The translations under genes and the position numbers were made by a program. From IMG/VR virus record IMGVR_UViG_3300047562_002142, positions 1 through 54,225 of that record: a DNA stretch of 54,225 bases. The stretch is one strand, 5' to 3'. Every line of letters starts with the position of its first letter. The stretch's first letter is position 1. The notes beneath the pieces were generated by a model. That model had not been told where the DNA came from. It saw only the letters and a list, made by a program, of their open reading frames with translations, and made no database searches. The DNA is from a virus. Its lineage: Duplodnaviria > Caudoviricetes. Positions 27,301 through 36,069 of the stretch are shown here, piece by piece.

Positions 27301-29840
27301 TTGCACCATTTGAAGATGTTAGATTATCCCAACCAGTACAATATTTCTATCCACAACTTGATAGGGATAATGTAATTTCCGATCCATTACCATCAAAAAG
27401 TTTTGCTCTCCCAGACCCAATCGGTCAAGTTGTAGTCAATGACCCACAGAAGAGTATAACCAGAGAGAGTTTAGATCAACTCTTAGTTGAAAATAGAGTT
27501 GGTTTTGGTATTACTTTTATTATCAGTAATCCAACCGGCACAGCACATACTTTCTATACTAATATAGATCATGGATTAAATCCAATTACTGGAGTAACAA
27601 CTACTGGTGATGGTTTTGCATATGGAACTACTGGTACAGTTGAGACGTTATATAATGCCGAACTATCGGGTGGATCTGGTGAAGGTGCTTCTGCAGTTAT
27701 TAAAATCAACCCATCTGGGCAAATTACTGATATTGAAATTAGTAATGGTGGTAGTGGATATGAAGTTGGAGATACACTGACTGTTGTAGGTGTTGCTACA
27801 ACCAATGGCCATATTCCAGAAACTGTTACAGTATCCTCAATTTATGATCACACGAATGAAGTTATTTCTCTATTTGGAATTTCTAATGAGAATTATACCC
27901 AATACAATGATCTGTACAGAATAAGTTCTGTACCATCAAGCAGAGAAATTGTAGTATCTTCCGCAGGTTCTATTACTTCTCCTTCAATAACAGGAATTGG
28001 AGTTAGTATAACTTCGAATTCAAATTCTTATTTGACTGGAAAATCTCTAATAGCAAGTCCTTTTAGTTATAATAATATAACAGGAATTGCTACTGCAGGT
28101 TTTTCCACTGCACACGGACTTTCTGTTTCTGATAAAGTAAAAATATCTGGTGCGGATTCTTCACTGTATAATGGAGATTTCTTGGTCTCCAAAGTAAATT
28201 CTTTAACTTCTATTAACCTAGATATTGGGTTTAGCGATTCCTCTCCAGCAACAACAGGAACTATCATTATTCATCCTTATGGTTATAGTTCTAAAGGTGG
28301 AAACAATACTGGAAGAGAAGAAGAGCGAATCGTAGAACAATATGCCGGAATTACTACAATTACATCAGCAGCAATTAGTGCAACGGCGACATCAATTTCA
28401 ATCACATCTATTGATTCTACTGGATTAAAAATTGGAGATTATATCCAAGTTGATGATGAGATTATGAGAATTAGTCAAACTGTTAATGGAAATCCAGTTT
28501 CTATATTCAGAGGATTATTAGGAACTCGTAATTCTGCTCACGCTTCCGGTTCTGTTGTTAGAAAAATACATCCATATCCAATAGAATTCCGCAGACATTC
28601 TATTCTTCGTGCTTCTGGTCATACTTTTGAGTATGTCGGATTCGGCCCTGGTAATTATTCTAATGCATTCCCAGATCGCCAAGATCGTCAAATTACAGAA
28701 CAGGAAGAGTTATTATCGCAATCATTCAAAGTTGATGGTGGTATTAATGTTTATACTGGAATGAATAATGATGGCGATTTTTATATTGGAAACAAGAGAG
28801 TAAGTTCTGCTACAGGACAAGAAGATGTATTTGATGCTCCAGTTCCTTCTGTTCGTGGAGAAGAAATCTTTGTAGAAACTGGAACTGCTGCTGCTATTAA
28901 CATAGTTAATACAGAAAATATCAATGTAACTCGTTCTATTAGAGTAGAAGGAGGTAAAGGTGGAAATAATGTTTCTGAATTTAATGGCCCAGTTGTCTTT
29001 AATGATAAAATAACTTCTAATTCTTCACGCGGAATTGAAGCTAATTCTTTATATCTACAAGGAGACGCCACAATATCCAGGAAATATACTGTTGGTATTT
29101 CAACTCCAATTATTTCTGGTAATGCCGGAGATGCTGAATATTATTCAAGACCAGATGATGGCGGACATTTAGGATGGGTTTATACTACCAATAATGAGTG
29201 GAGAAAATTTGGCCCAATTCAGAACAGTAGTGGTCAATATGATGGCGTTTGGACTGGAACTTTCTCCGGTGATGGGTCTGGATTATCTGGATTAGAATCA
29301 ACCTGGATCGTCCAACCTGGAGTTGGAATTTATACTGGTTCTAATGTAGGAATTGGAACTACAGCAAAATCAAATGCAAAATTATCAGTAACTGGTAGAA
29401 CTTTCATTGATGGTCTACTTAATGTAACAGAAATTATTGAAAAGGCAACGATTGTTACAATTGATTGGCCAGACTTCGATAACTTTGAGAATTCAATTGA
29501 TATTCCAATTTACTTGGGGGATAATAATGTCTATTATTATACTAAAAATGTTTCTACTAATTGGACTTTAAATTTCACCGGATATTCTGATGGAACAACT
29601 TTAAATCAATTGCTAGATGTTGGTGATTCTATCACGGTTGCTTTCTTAGCAACAATTGGCAATTCATCACACTATAACATTGGTGTTAAAATTGATGGAA
29701 ATACTGTTACGCCAAAATGGTTTGGTGGAATTGCTCCAACTTTCGGCAACGCAAATAGTATAGATAGTTATACTTATGTTATTATAAAAACAGCAGATAA
29801 TACATTTACTGTTTTAGCATCACAATCACAATACGTATAA
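24399..29840 (+). CDS. Large virion structural/fibre-associated protein
   Basis: LSRLENFL...ATD.I.N.G....RPFKTIQRAL N-terminus; S.LRASGHTFEY.G.GPGNYS motif; Ser/Thr-rich beta domains. Confidence 0.75.
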   Translation: MGLSRLENFLRSIRGNVIHVDGNALDATDSIENDGTSPARPFKTIQRALVEASRFSYRTGFNNDTFANTTILLYPGEHIVDNRPGWIPLSGSSFLKRDGETSNDFYQFDLQTNFDITSDNNALYKFNSVHGGVFLPRGVSLVGQDLRKVKIRPKYVPDPKNDNIERSAIFRVTGACYLWQMSIFDANPNGVCYKDYNNNTFVPNFSHNKLTAFEYADGVNPVVINDIYNNYSTDRTDLEIYYQKIGLAYGPSAGEKEIPNDYPNVVDIEPKIDEYRIVGSRGQEVGITSIRAGDGLGGGDRTEITVTLAESVTGLDVDTPIRINGVGISTFAGQYVVKEVVSDTEIKYATSFAPPVGNDSIVGQGTLNIVVDTVTSASPYIFNCSLRSVYGLCGLHADGSVVNGFKSMVVAQFTGISLQKDNNAFVKYDPTSNSYIDTNDVINIYSDSLARYRPSYESYHIKASNNAFIQCVSIFAIGYAQHFEAVSGGDMSITNSNSNFGAKSLVSRGFRDEKFIRDDLGYISHIIPPKEITAPEITIEFDAIDVSKTFNVGVDTKLYLYNQTNENSKPFNVIDGYRIGAKRNDQLNVVLSNSGISTTYSATIVMDGSDGTTYQKEYNVAKSDGSNAIASNTITLTEDHEFINGETVRIISETGELPDGLDHNTVYYVITNSTATTIGDNQIRLASSLNDARNGISASSAVDIFTQKTANLKVVSRVSDKSSGDIGHPIQYDSSNSQWYLTVNSGNAIYNAISSSGISVSPRTYFTRVPDTRNLEDTLYKFRYVIPSDSPIKARPPLDGYIIQDSTSLISSTDEIELQYSPDNTTKLLSNSSQLRSTRFISNASWVGSVATIETELPHNLSVGSQVEVLNVLSSNNTSGLSTSGYNGTYTITSIPSRRKFSYALIGDPGTFLDNNSIRNTSLPYYNRKKLPGTYIVYRTEQVQEYIQNQQDGIYHLSVINSSNKPNVAPFEDVRLSQPVQYFYPQLDRDNVISDPLPSKSFALPDPIGQVVVNDPQKSITRESLDQLLVENRVGFGITFIISNPTGTAHTFYTNIDHGLNPITGVTTTGDGFAYGTTGTVETLYNAELSGGSGEGASAVIKINPSGQITDIEISNGGSGYEVGDTLTVVGVATTNGHIPETVTVSSIYDHTNEVISLFGISNENYTQYNDLYRISSVPSSREIVVSSAGSITSPSITGIGVSITSNSNSYLTGKSLIASPFSYNNITGIATAGFSTAHGLSVSDKVKISGADSSLYNGDFLVSKVNSLTSINLDIGFSDSSPATTGTIIIHPYGYSSKGGNNTGREEERIVEQYAGITTITSAAISATATSISITSIDSTGLKIGDYIQVDDEIMRISQTVNGNPVSIFRGLLGTRNSAHASGSVVRKIHPYPIEFRRHSILRASGHTFEYVGFGPGNYSNAFPDRQDRQITEQEELLSQSFKVDGGINVYTGMNNDGDFYIGNKRVSSATGQEDVFDAPVPSVRGEEIFVETGTAAAINIVNTENINVTRSIRVEGGKGGNNVSEFNGPVVFNDKITSNSSRGIEANSLYLQGDATISRKYTVGISTPIISGNAGDAEYYSRPDDGGHLGWVYTTNNEWRKFGPIQNSSGQYDGVWTGTFSGDGSGLSGLESTWIVQPGVGIYTGSNVGIGTTAKSNAKLSVTGRTFIDGLLNVTEIIEKATIVTIDWPDFDNFENSIDIPIYLGDNNVYYYTKNVSTNWTLNFTGYSDGTTLNQLLDVGDSITVAFLATIGNSSHYNIGVKIDGNTVTPKWFGGIAPTFGNANSIDSYTYVIIKTADNTFTVLASQSQYV

Positions 29841-29846
29841 TCAAAG

Positions 29847-31034
29847 ATGCCGATACTAGGAGCGATTGGTAATGCATCAGAATATGCTTATAGACCCAAC
29901 ATAAGCGAAATCCCTGATTTTTTTGATTGGGTAGATGTATTTGACGCAACACCTGGAGACACATATTACTCTGGGTATGCTAAAATTACTGGAATTAAGA
30001 GTATTCTGAGAATTTCAATTACTGATGGATATTCTTATTCTACCACCGGCAATGTATTTGATAATGGACAAACAGTTACTTTTGATAATGATAGAGCATA
30101 TGAGGCAACATTTGATGAATACTCAGATCCAAATAATCGTTTCACTACTTCTCCAGGGACAATCACAAATAATCAATCAGTCAATATAAAATTAACTACA
30201 AATTTGACTCCAGAATTACCAAAAACTTCTTTTGATGCGAATCGTTTTGTATTTAACGATTTTAATCCAAGATTTGGTTCTGTATATGAACCTGTAGATC
30301 CTTTTGTTGGTGATTATAATACTGTCTACGAACCAATAGTATCCGTTGGAAAAACGACACAAAATTGGATTGTAAGGACAGCAACTCTTGACGAAACACC
30401 AAATTCTTTTGAGTTTACAAATCTATTAAATCAGACTACATCAACAATTAGTACTAGCAATTATGTAACCATCTCTGGATTAAATCCTTATTATAAATTT
30501 GGTGCAAATATTACCGAAGGTTCTTTTAGTGGAATTATAGTTGATGAAAAAGTTGCATTAACATCAACTCAGGTTCATAATGGAAGTATAGTAAAATTGC
30601 AAACAATATCGTCAGATAATTTTAATACACCAAAAGATGTTGGTGTTAGAGTAGGAACATTTACGACAACTTGGAATGTTAAGACAGAAGTAGAAAATCT
30701 TAATGTTACATTTACACCATCAGATTTTGAGAATCAGAATTTTCGTAAATTAAATGAAATTTGCATTAGTAATCAAATTACTGTTTCTGAATTAAGTTTA
30801 AATTCATCATTACCAGTTACAATTATATCAAGTGGAGCACAATATCAAATAGAAAGAGAAGGTATAATAGTTAAATCTTTTGATGATGAACCAATAGAGG
30901 TAATTAATGAAGATAAAATAAGTCTTAGAATAACTGCATCATCTTCTTATGATACTACAGTGTCTGCAATATTAAAAATTGGAAATTCGTTCACTGAAAC
31001 TTGGGAAGTAAAAACAAGAGTGGAACCAGATTGA
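29847..31034 (+). CDS. Structural protein with three Ig-like repeats ending W.V.T
   Basis: Repeated P..F.F...S....I.G and VG.....W.V.T units. Confidence 0.55.
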   Translation: MPILGAIGNASEYAYRPNISEIPDFFDWVDVFDATPGDTYYSGYAKITGIKSILRISITDGYSYSTTGNVFDNGQTVTFDNDRAYEATFDEYSDPNNRFTTSPGTITNNQSVNIKLTTNLTPELPKTSFDANRFVFNDFNPRFGSVYEPVDPFVGDYNTVYEPIVSVGKTTQNWIVRTATLDETPNSFEFTNLLNQTTSTISTSNYVTISGLNPYYKFGANITEGSFSGIIVDEKVALTSTQVHNGSIVKLQTISSDNFNTPKDVGVRVGTFTTTWNVKTEVENLNVTFTPSDFENQNFRKLNEICISNQITVSELSLNSSLPVTIISSGAQYQIEREGIIVKSFDDEPIEVINEDKISLRITASSSYDTTVSAILKIGNSFTETWEVKTRVEPD

Positions 31035-31045
31035 CCTTTTAAAGT

Positions 31046-31053
31046 TATAAATA
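31046..31053 (+). promoter_or_regulatory. T4-type late promoter
   Basis: TATAAATA 40 nt upstream of ATG 31093; shorter TAAATA cores precede many other structural genes. Confidence 0.75.
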
Positions 31054-31092
31054 ATAAGAAAAAGAGGGGATAGTGAACCTCTAGGGAGACAA

Positions 31093-34000
31093 ATGGCAAT
31101 TCAAAAGAATTTTGTTGTTCGTCATGGTATTGAAGTTGCAGAAAATTTAATATATACTGAAGGGCAATCTGTTGGTATTGGGACGACATCCCCAGATTAC
31201 CTCTTATCAGTTGGTGGTAATTTATCTCTGTCTGGTGGTTTTTATGTTCCAACAGAAAATGCTCTTGTTAAGATTGCTGCAGGTATTGTATCCAACACTT
31301 CACTTGATGTAATATCTGGTATTGATACAAGTAGTCTTCTGGTTGGAGATTATTTGGTTGACTTGGGCGGAACATATATTCAAAGCGATACTAGAGTAAC
31401 TGGAATTGGGAGCAGTTCACTAACAATACTTCCAAATCACACCAATTCTTCTGGTTTAGCAACAACCGTATTTATTTTTTCTAGGTACAAAGAATCTGGT
31501 AAACTAGGTGATGTATTAATATCACAAGGAAATGGATTACCTCCAATTTGGGATATTCCAATTGCATCTGCAGCAACAACATCTACGAATGTAATTGGTG
31601 GTATTGCATCAGTAACTCAATTAAATGTATCTGGAGTAAGTACATTAGGATTTGTAACAGCAACAGATATTAATGTTTCTGGCGCTGTTACTGCTATAAA
31701 CTTTTATGGAAATCTAACTGGTACAGCAACAACATCTACTGATGTAATTGGTGGGATTGTATCAGTAACTACTGGTATATTTTCTGGTTCAACTTCAAGT
31801 GAACTAGTAAGAATTACTCAAACAGGTTCTGGTAATGCGCTAAAAGTTGAAGATAGTGCAAACCCAGATTCCACTTCATTTATTATTGATAATAGTGGTA
31901 AAGTTGGCATTAAAACCAGCCAACCAAATTATGACCTTGATATTAGAGGAACAACTTTATTTGGTGGGTCAGTATATCTTGCAGGTGGACAATTAACAAC
32001 CAGAGTTGGTATTCTTTCAGGTGATAATAGAAGTATTATCAGTGGAATTGATACAACCGGAATTGAGATTTCTGACTTTGTTGATGATGAAGGAACATTA
32101 ATTTCAGAAGGAACGGTAGTTACTTCTGTTGGTATTAATTCCATTGGAATATCAAGGAACCACGGTCAAATTGATGGTCTCCAAGAAGTTGAAATTTTTA
32201 TCACAAGAGAATTTTATGCTGGACTTGAGGGAGAAGTATTAGTTTCAAGAGGTTCTGGTTTACCTCCTAATTGGTCTTCAGCATCAAATGCAGCGATACG
32301 AAACATAAGTACAACAACTACTTATTATCCAACATTCGTAGAAAATTCTGGGTTCCAACCTATTAGTATTGCAAAAAGTGAATTACTTTTTGTCCCAGAC
32401 CCAGGAAATCTTGGTATTGGTTCTACATCTCCAACAGAAAGATTGGATGTTGGTGGAAACATCAAAGTTTCCGGTAGTATCAGTGTTGGAACTACTGCAA
32501 CAATTGGATTTGTAACAGCAACAAATGCTAATGTATCTGGCACTGCAACTGTTGGTGTACTTTCCGCAACAAATGCAAATATTGGTATACTTACAGCAAC
32601 AACAGTTGATGCAATATCATATCTTGGAAATGCAGCAGCAGTTACTGGAATCGTCACGCAACTTACAGCAGGCACTGGTATTAGGTTGTCTTCCACTCAA
32701 TCAGAAGGGAAAGGTTCTGTTAGAATTGATTCTTATTTCCCAATTGGAAAGACAATTTTTGTAACTCAAAATGGTAGTGATTCTAATGGTGGTCTCACAG
32801 AAAGCGATTCTAAGAGAACAATTAAAGCAGCAGCAGCAATTGCTTTCCCTGGAGATACAATCAAGGTTTATCCTGGAGTTTATGTCGAAGAAAACCCAAT
32901 CTATCTTTCTAAACGAGTTGCAGTTGAAGGAACAGAACTTCGTAACTGTGTTGTAACTCCAAAATACCTTGATAGAGATTTATTCTATGTTAATAACAGT
33001 TGTCACATTACAGATTTGAGTTTTATTGGTAATACAATGACTGATGGTGCTGCGATTGTAGCACTACAACCACTTGCAGGTGTATCAACTGATAGATATT
33101 TTGATGCTGCAAGAATGATTCGTTATAACTTAGATTATATCGCAAAAGAGTCTGTTGGTTTCTTAACTAGTACTCAATATATTGGTGCAGGTAGAACTCA
33201 AGTAAGCGACCCAGTTTTTCAGGTAGTTGATGGTGAAGGAAGTCCAGTAGATCCTTCAAACTGTAGCGACGACATCAAAGACATACTGAAGTGTGTAATA
33301 CACGACATCACAAGAGGAGGAAACCTCAAATGTGTTGGTGCTGGTTTATCTTATTATAGTGATGGTGCTTTAGTTCATATTGGTGGTACTGATGTAAATG
33401 GATATAGTGTAAAGGATGCGACTATTGATACAATAAAATATGCGGCAGGTATTGCAAGAGCGGTTATTAATAACTCAACTTGGGGAAGTCAACCAGTTGG
33501 TCTAGGAACTACAGTCACAGATGCAACTTATGATAATACCACTGGAGTTACAACAATCACCGCATCAAATCACGGTCTTGCAGAAAATGATGCTGTTAAG
33601 ATTGTTGGATTAGGATTTACTTGTCCTTCTGGTCCCGGTATTGTTACTTATCCAAGTGGAAATCTGGGATATATCTTCAATGTAAAATCAGTACCAAATC
33701 CAAATACTTTCGAGGTTGTTGTTGGACAATCAACTCTTCCACATACTTATGTTTCTGGTGGAACAGTACAGAAATATGGTAATTTCCAAAATGAATTTAC
33801 CCAAGTAAAAGACCTTTCTATCCAAGTAGACCCACTGACTGGATTTAACAATGCAATTGATGGATGTGCTAATGTTGTTTCCGCAATCTACTCTTGTGTT
33901 GGAGTTGTAACTACAATACTAGATCAAGGACTTTCTGTTCTTGGTGCTGGAATCAATACAACATTCCCAGGAAACTCCGGTATTGGATTTACCACTATTA

Positions 34001-35688
34001 TTGGAGTCACAAGTGCGGTTTATGATAATACTTCTGGAGAAACAACAATCCTTGCACCAACACTATCGGTCAAACCAGGAGATATTGTAGAGGTTAGAGA
34101 CCTACTCTTTGATTGTACTTCTGGTGGTTCTATTGGAACTCAAAAATATCCATCAGGTGCTTATGGTTATGAATTTGATGTTGAATCAGTCAATAATGAT
34201 GGTTCATTCGTCATTAATACTGGTGTTTCTACAATCGCACACAATTATGTTGGTGGTGGATTTGTGGTTAATCGTGCGATTGGTGTTACTACTGCTTCTT
34301 ACGATAATACAACTGGAATTACAACAATTACTGCTCCAGGTGTTGTTGTTAAGGTTGGTCAGTTTGTAAGACTCCACGACCTAGAGTTCTCTTGCACTAG
34401 TGGAGCAGGAACAACTACATTATATCCAACAGGAAATCTTGGTTATGATTTTAAAGTTACAGAAGTCATAGGAACTGGAACCACATTTGTTGTGAATACT
34501 GGGGTTTCTACAATTCCACATACTTATGAAGGTGGTGGTGTTGTATTCCCACCATACTCTCCTGGAGTTGGCCCAATCACTCAAGGCCCATATGTAAGAA
34601 ACTGCACTAACTTTGTTCCAGGAAGTATTGGAATGAAAATTGATGGATTTGAGGCAGAACCTGGAGATAAAGATGATATTGGTGTAACAGGTACAATGAG
34701 TGTTGATTCTTACACTCAATACAATCAAGGTGGTATTGGAGTTTCAATTACCAATGGTGCTTATGCCCAGTTGGTTTCTATTTTTACAATTTGTGATGAT
34801 ATTGCAATCTTCACTGGTTCTGGTGGACAATGTGATATTACAAACTCCAACTCTTCATTTGGTAGATTAGGTCTTGTTGCTGATGGTGTTGGCGATGCTA
34901 CATCAAAATCAATATATCGTTCTACTGGAATTGCAGTTACTGATGCAATCAAAGGAAACAATGTTGTGGAGATTTCTGGTCTGGGTAATTACAGACCTTA
35001 TGATGGACAAGTTTGCTACTTTGGAGAACTTTACAATTTTGTTGATACTATTGAGATTACAAATAGTGGTTCAGGTTATGTTTCTGCTCCAAGAGTAACT
35101 ATTAGTCCTCCAGAAGATGATAATAATGGAATCACAGCACAGGCATCATCAACAATTGATGCTTTTGGTAGAGTAACTGCAATTAATATTGTAAACTCTG
35201 GTACTCAATATCTCAATCCACCTACTGTTACAATTGACCCACCACCAATTGGATTTACTACTGCTACGGCAGAAGTAACAAAGATGCAACCAATTTATTA
35301 TAAAGTTGATAGTGCAACTTTACCTTCTGCAGGAATTTCTACAGTATCTTTCCTACAGAATCTAAATAATACAGTTAGTGTAGGTACAACAGTATACTTT
35401 AATCGTGTGAGTCTACAAATTACATCTTCTCACTCTTTTGAATGGGTTGGTTCTGGTAATGATATTAACACCGCAAAACCTGCTCTTGGTGGTGTTGTAA
35501 TCTCAGAAAATGAAGTAGTACAGGATAATGGTGGTATTGTGGTCTACACAAGCACCGACCAGGCAGGAAACTTCAAAATTGGTGATGGAGTAGTGATCAA
35601 TCAGGCAACAGGTCAAATATCTGGTAGAGATTTTACAAAAGCATTGTTTACAACAATGACCCCATTCATCCTAGCACTTTCAGAATAA
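31093..35688 (+). CDS. Large fibre/structural protein
   Basis: VGIGT..P...L.V.G fibre repeats; G.D.N.G.....K.TIK.A; three YDNTTG.T.I.A modules; SHSFEWVGSG...TSTDQ.GNF.IG end. Confidence 0.7.
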   Translation: MAIQKNFVVRHGIEVAENLIYTEGQSVGIGTTSPDYLLSVGGNLSLSGGFYVPTENALVKIAAGIVSNTSLDVISGIDTSSLLVGDYLVDLGGTYIQSDTRVTGIGSSSLTILPNHTNSSGLATTVFIFSRYKESGKLGDVLISQGNGLPPIWDIPIASAATTSTNVIGGIASVTQLNVSGVSTLGFVTATDINVSGAVTAINFYGNLTGTATTSTDVIGGIVSVTTGIFSGSTSSELVRITQTGSGNALKVEDSANPDSTSFIIDNSGKVGIKTSQPNYDLDIRGTTLFGGSVYLAGGQLTTRVGILSGDNRSIISGIDTTGIEISDFVDDEGTLISEGTVVTSVGINSIGISRNHGQIDGLQEVEIFITREFYAGLEGEVLVSRGSGLPPNWSSASNAAIRNISTTTTYYPTFVENSGFQPISIAKSELLFVPDPGNLGIGSTSPTERLDVGGNIKVSGSISVGTTATIGFVTATNANVSGTATVGVLSATNANIGILTATTVDAISYLGNAAAVTGIVTQLTAGTGIRLSSTQSEGKGSVRIDSYFPIGKTIFVTQNGSDSNGGLTESDSKRTIKAAAAIAFPGDTIKVYPGVYVEENPIYLSKRVAVEGTELRNCVVTPKYLDRDLFYVNNSCHITDLSFIGNTMTDGAAIVALQPLAGVSTDRYFDAARMIRYNLDYIAKESVGFLTSTQYIGAGRTQVSDPVFQVVDGEGSPVDPSNCSDDIKDILKCVIHDITRGGNLKCVGAGLSYYSDGALVHIGGTDVNGYSVKDATIDTIKYAAGIARAVINNSTWGSQPVGLGTTVTDATYDNTTGVTTITASNHGLAENDAVKIVGLGFTCPSGPGIVTYPSGNLGYIFNVKSVPNPNTFEVVVGQSTLPHTYVSGGTVQKYGNFQNEFTQVKDLSIQVDPLTGFNNAIDGCANVVSAIYSCVGVVTTILDQGLSVLGAGINTTFPGNSGIGFTTIIGVTSAVYDNTSGETTILAPTLSVKPGDIVEVRDLLFDCTSGGSIGTQKYPSGAYGYEFDVESVNNDGSFVINTGVSTIAHNYVGGGFVVNRAIGVTTASYDNTTGITTITAPGVVVKVGQFVRLHDLEFSCTSGAGTTTLYPTGNLGYDFKVTEVIGTGTTFVVNTGVSTIPHTYEGGGVVFPPYSPGVGPITQGPYVRNCTNFVPGSIGMKIDGFEAEPGDKDDIGVTGTMSVDSYTQYNQGGIGVSITNGAYAQLVSIFTICDDIAIFTGSGGQCDITNSNSSFGRLGLVADGVGDATSKSIYRSTGIAVTDAIKGNNVVEISGLGNYRPYDGQVCYFGELYNFVDTIEITNSGSGYVSAPRVTISPPEDDNNGITAQASSTIDAFGRVTAINIVNSGTQYLNPPTVTIDPPPIGFTTATAEVTKMQPIYYKVDSATLPSAGISTVSFLQNLNNTVSVGTTVYFNRVSLQITSSHSFEWVGSGNDINTAKPALGGVVISENEVVQDNGGIVVYTSTDQAGNFKIGDGVVINQATGQISGRDFTKALFTTMTPFILALSE

Positions 35689-35703
35689 GGAGGAAAACTA
35701 AAA

Positions 35704-36060
35704 ATGGCTATTGCAGCAGCAGCCGTAAATACATTCAGAACCATACCAAAAGTTGTTGGACTAACTACGGAATCAATTTATGATGCTCCTGTTGGATTTG
35801 TCGGAGTATTTCTACTCGCACAATGCACTAATACAGGTTCTAGTACTCAATCAATTAGTTTTTATCACAATAGGAATCTTTCTGGCGTCGGCACAGTTAC
35901 TACTGAAATTGTAAAAGACTTTAATATACCTGCAAACGATACGGCAAATCTTCTACCAGGAAAATTAGTATTAGAATCTGGCGAATTCATTTCAATTAGT
36001 GGTAGTTCTTCTACTGATTTAAAATTCTTAGCAAGCATCCTTGAAACTTCCAATCAATAA
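35704..36060 (+). CDS. Small structural protein
   Basis: AGGAGG site; IY.AP...IP.ND......KLVLE.G...SILE. Confidence 0.7.
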   Translation: MAIAAAAVNTFRTIPKVVGLTTESIYDAPVGFVGVFLLAQCTNTGSSTQSISFYHNRNLSGVGTVTTEIVKDFNIPANDTANLLPGKLVLESGEFISISGSSSTDLKFLASILETSNQ

Positions 36061-36069
36061 TTAAAAAAA

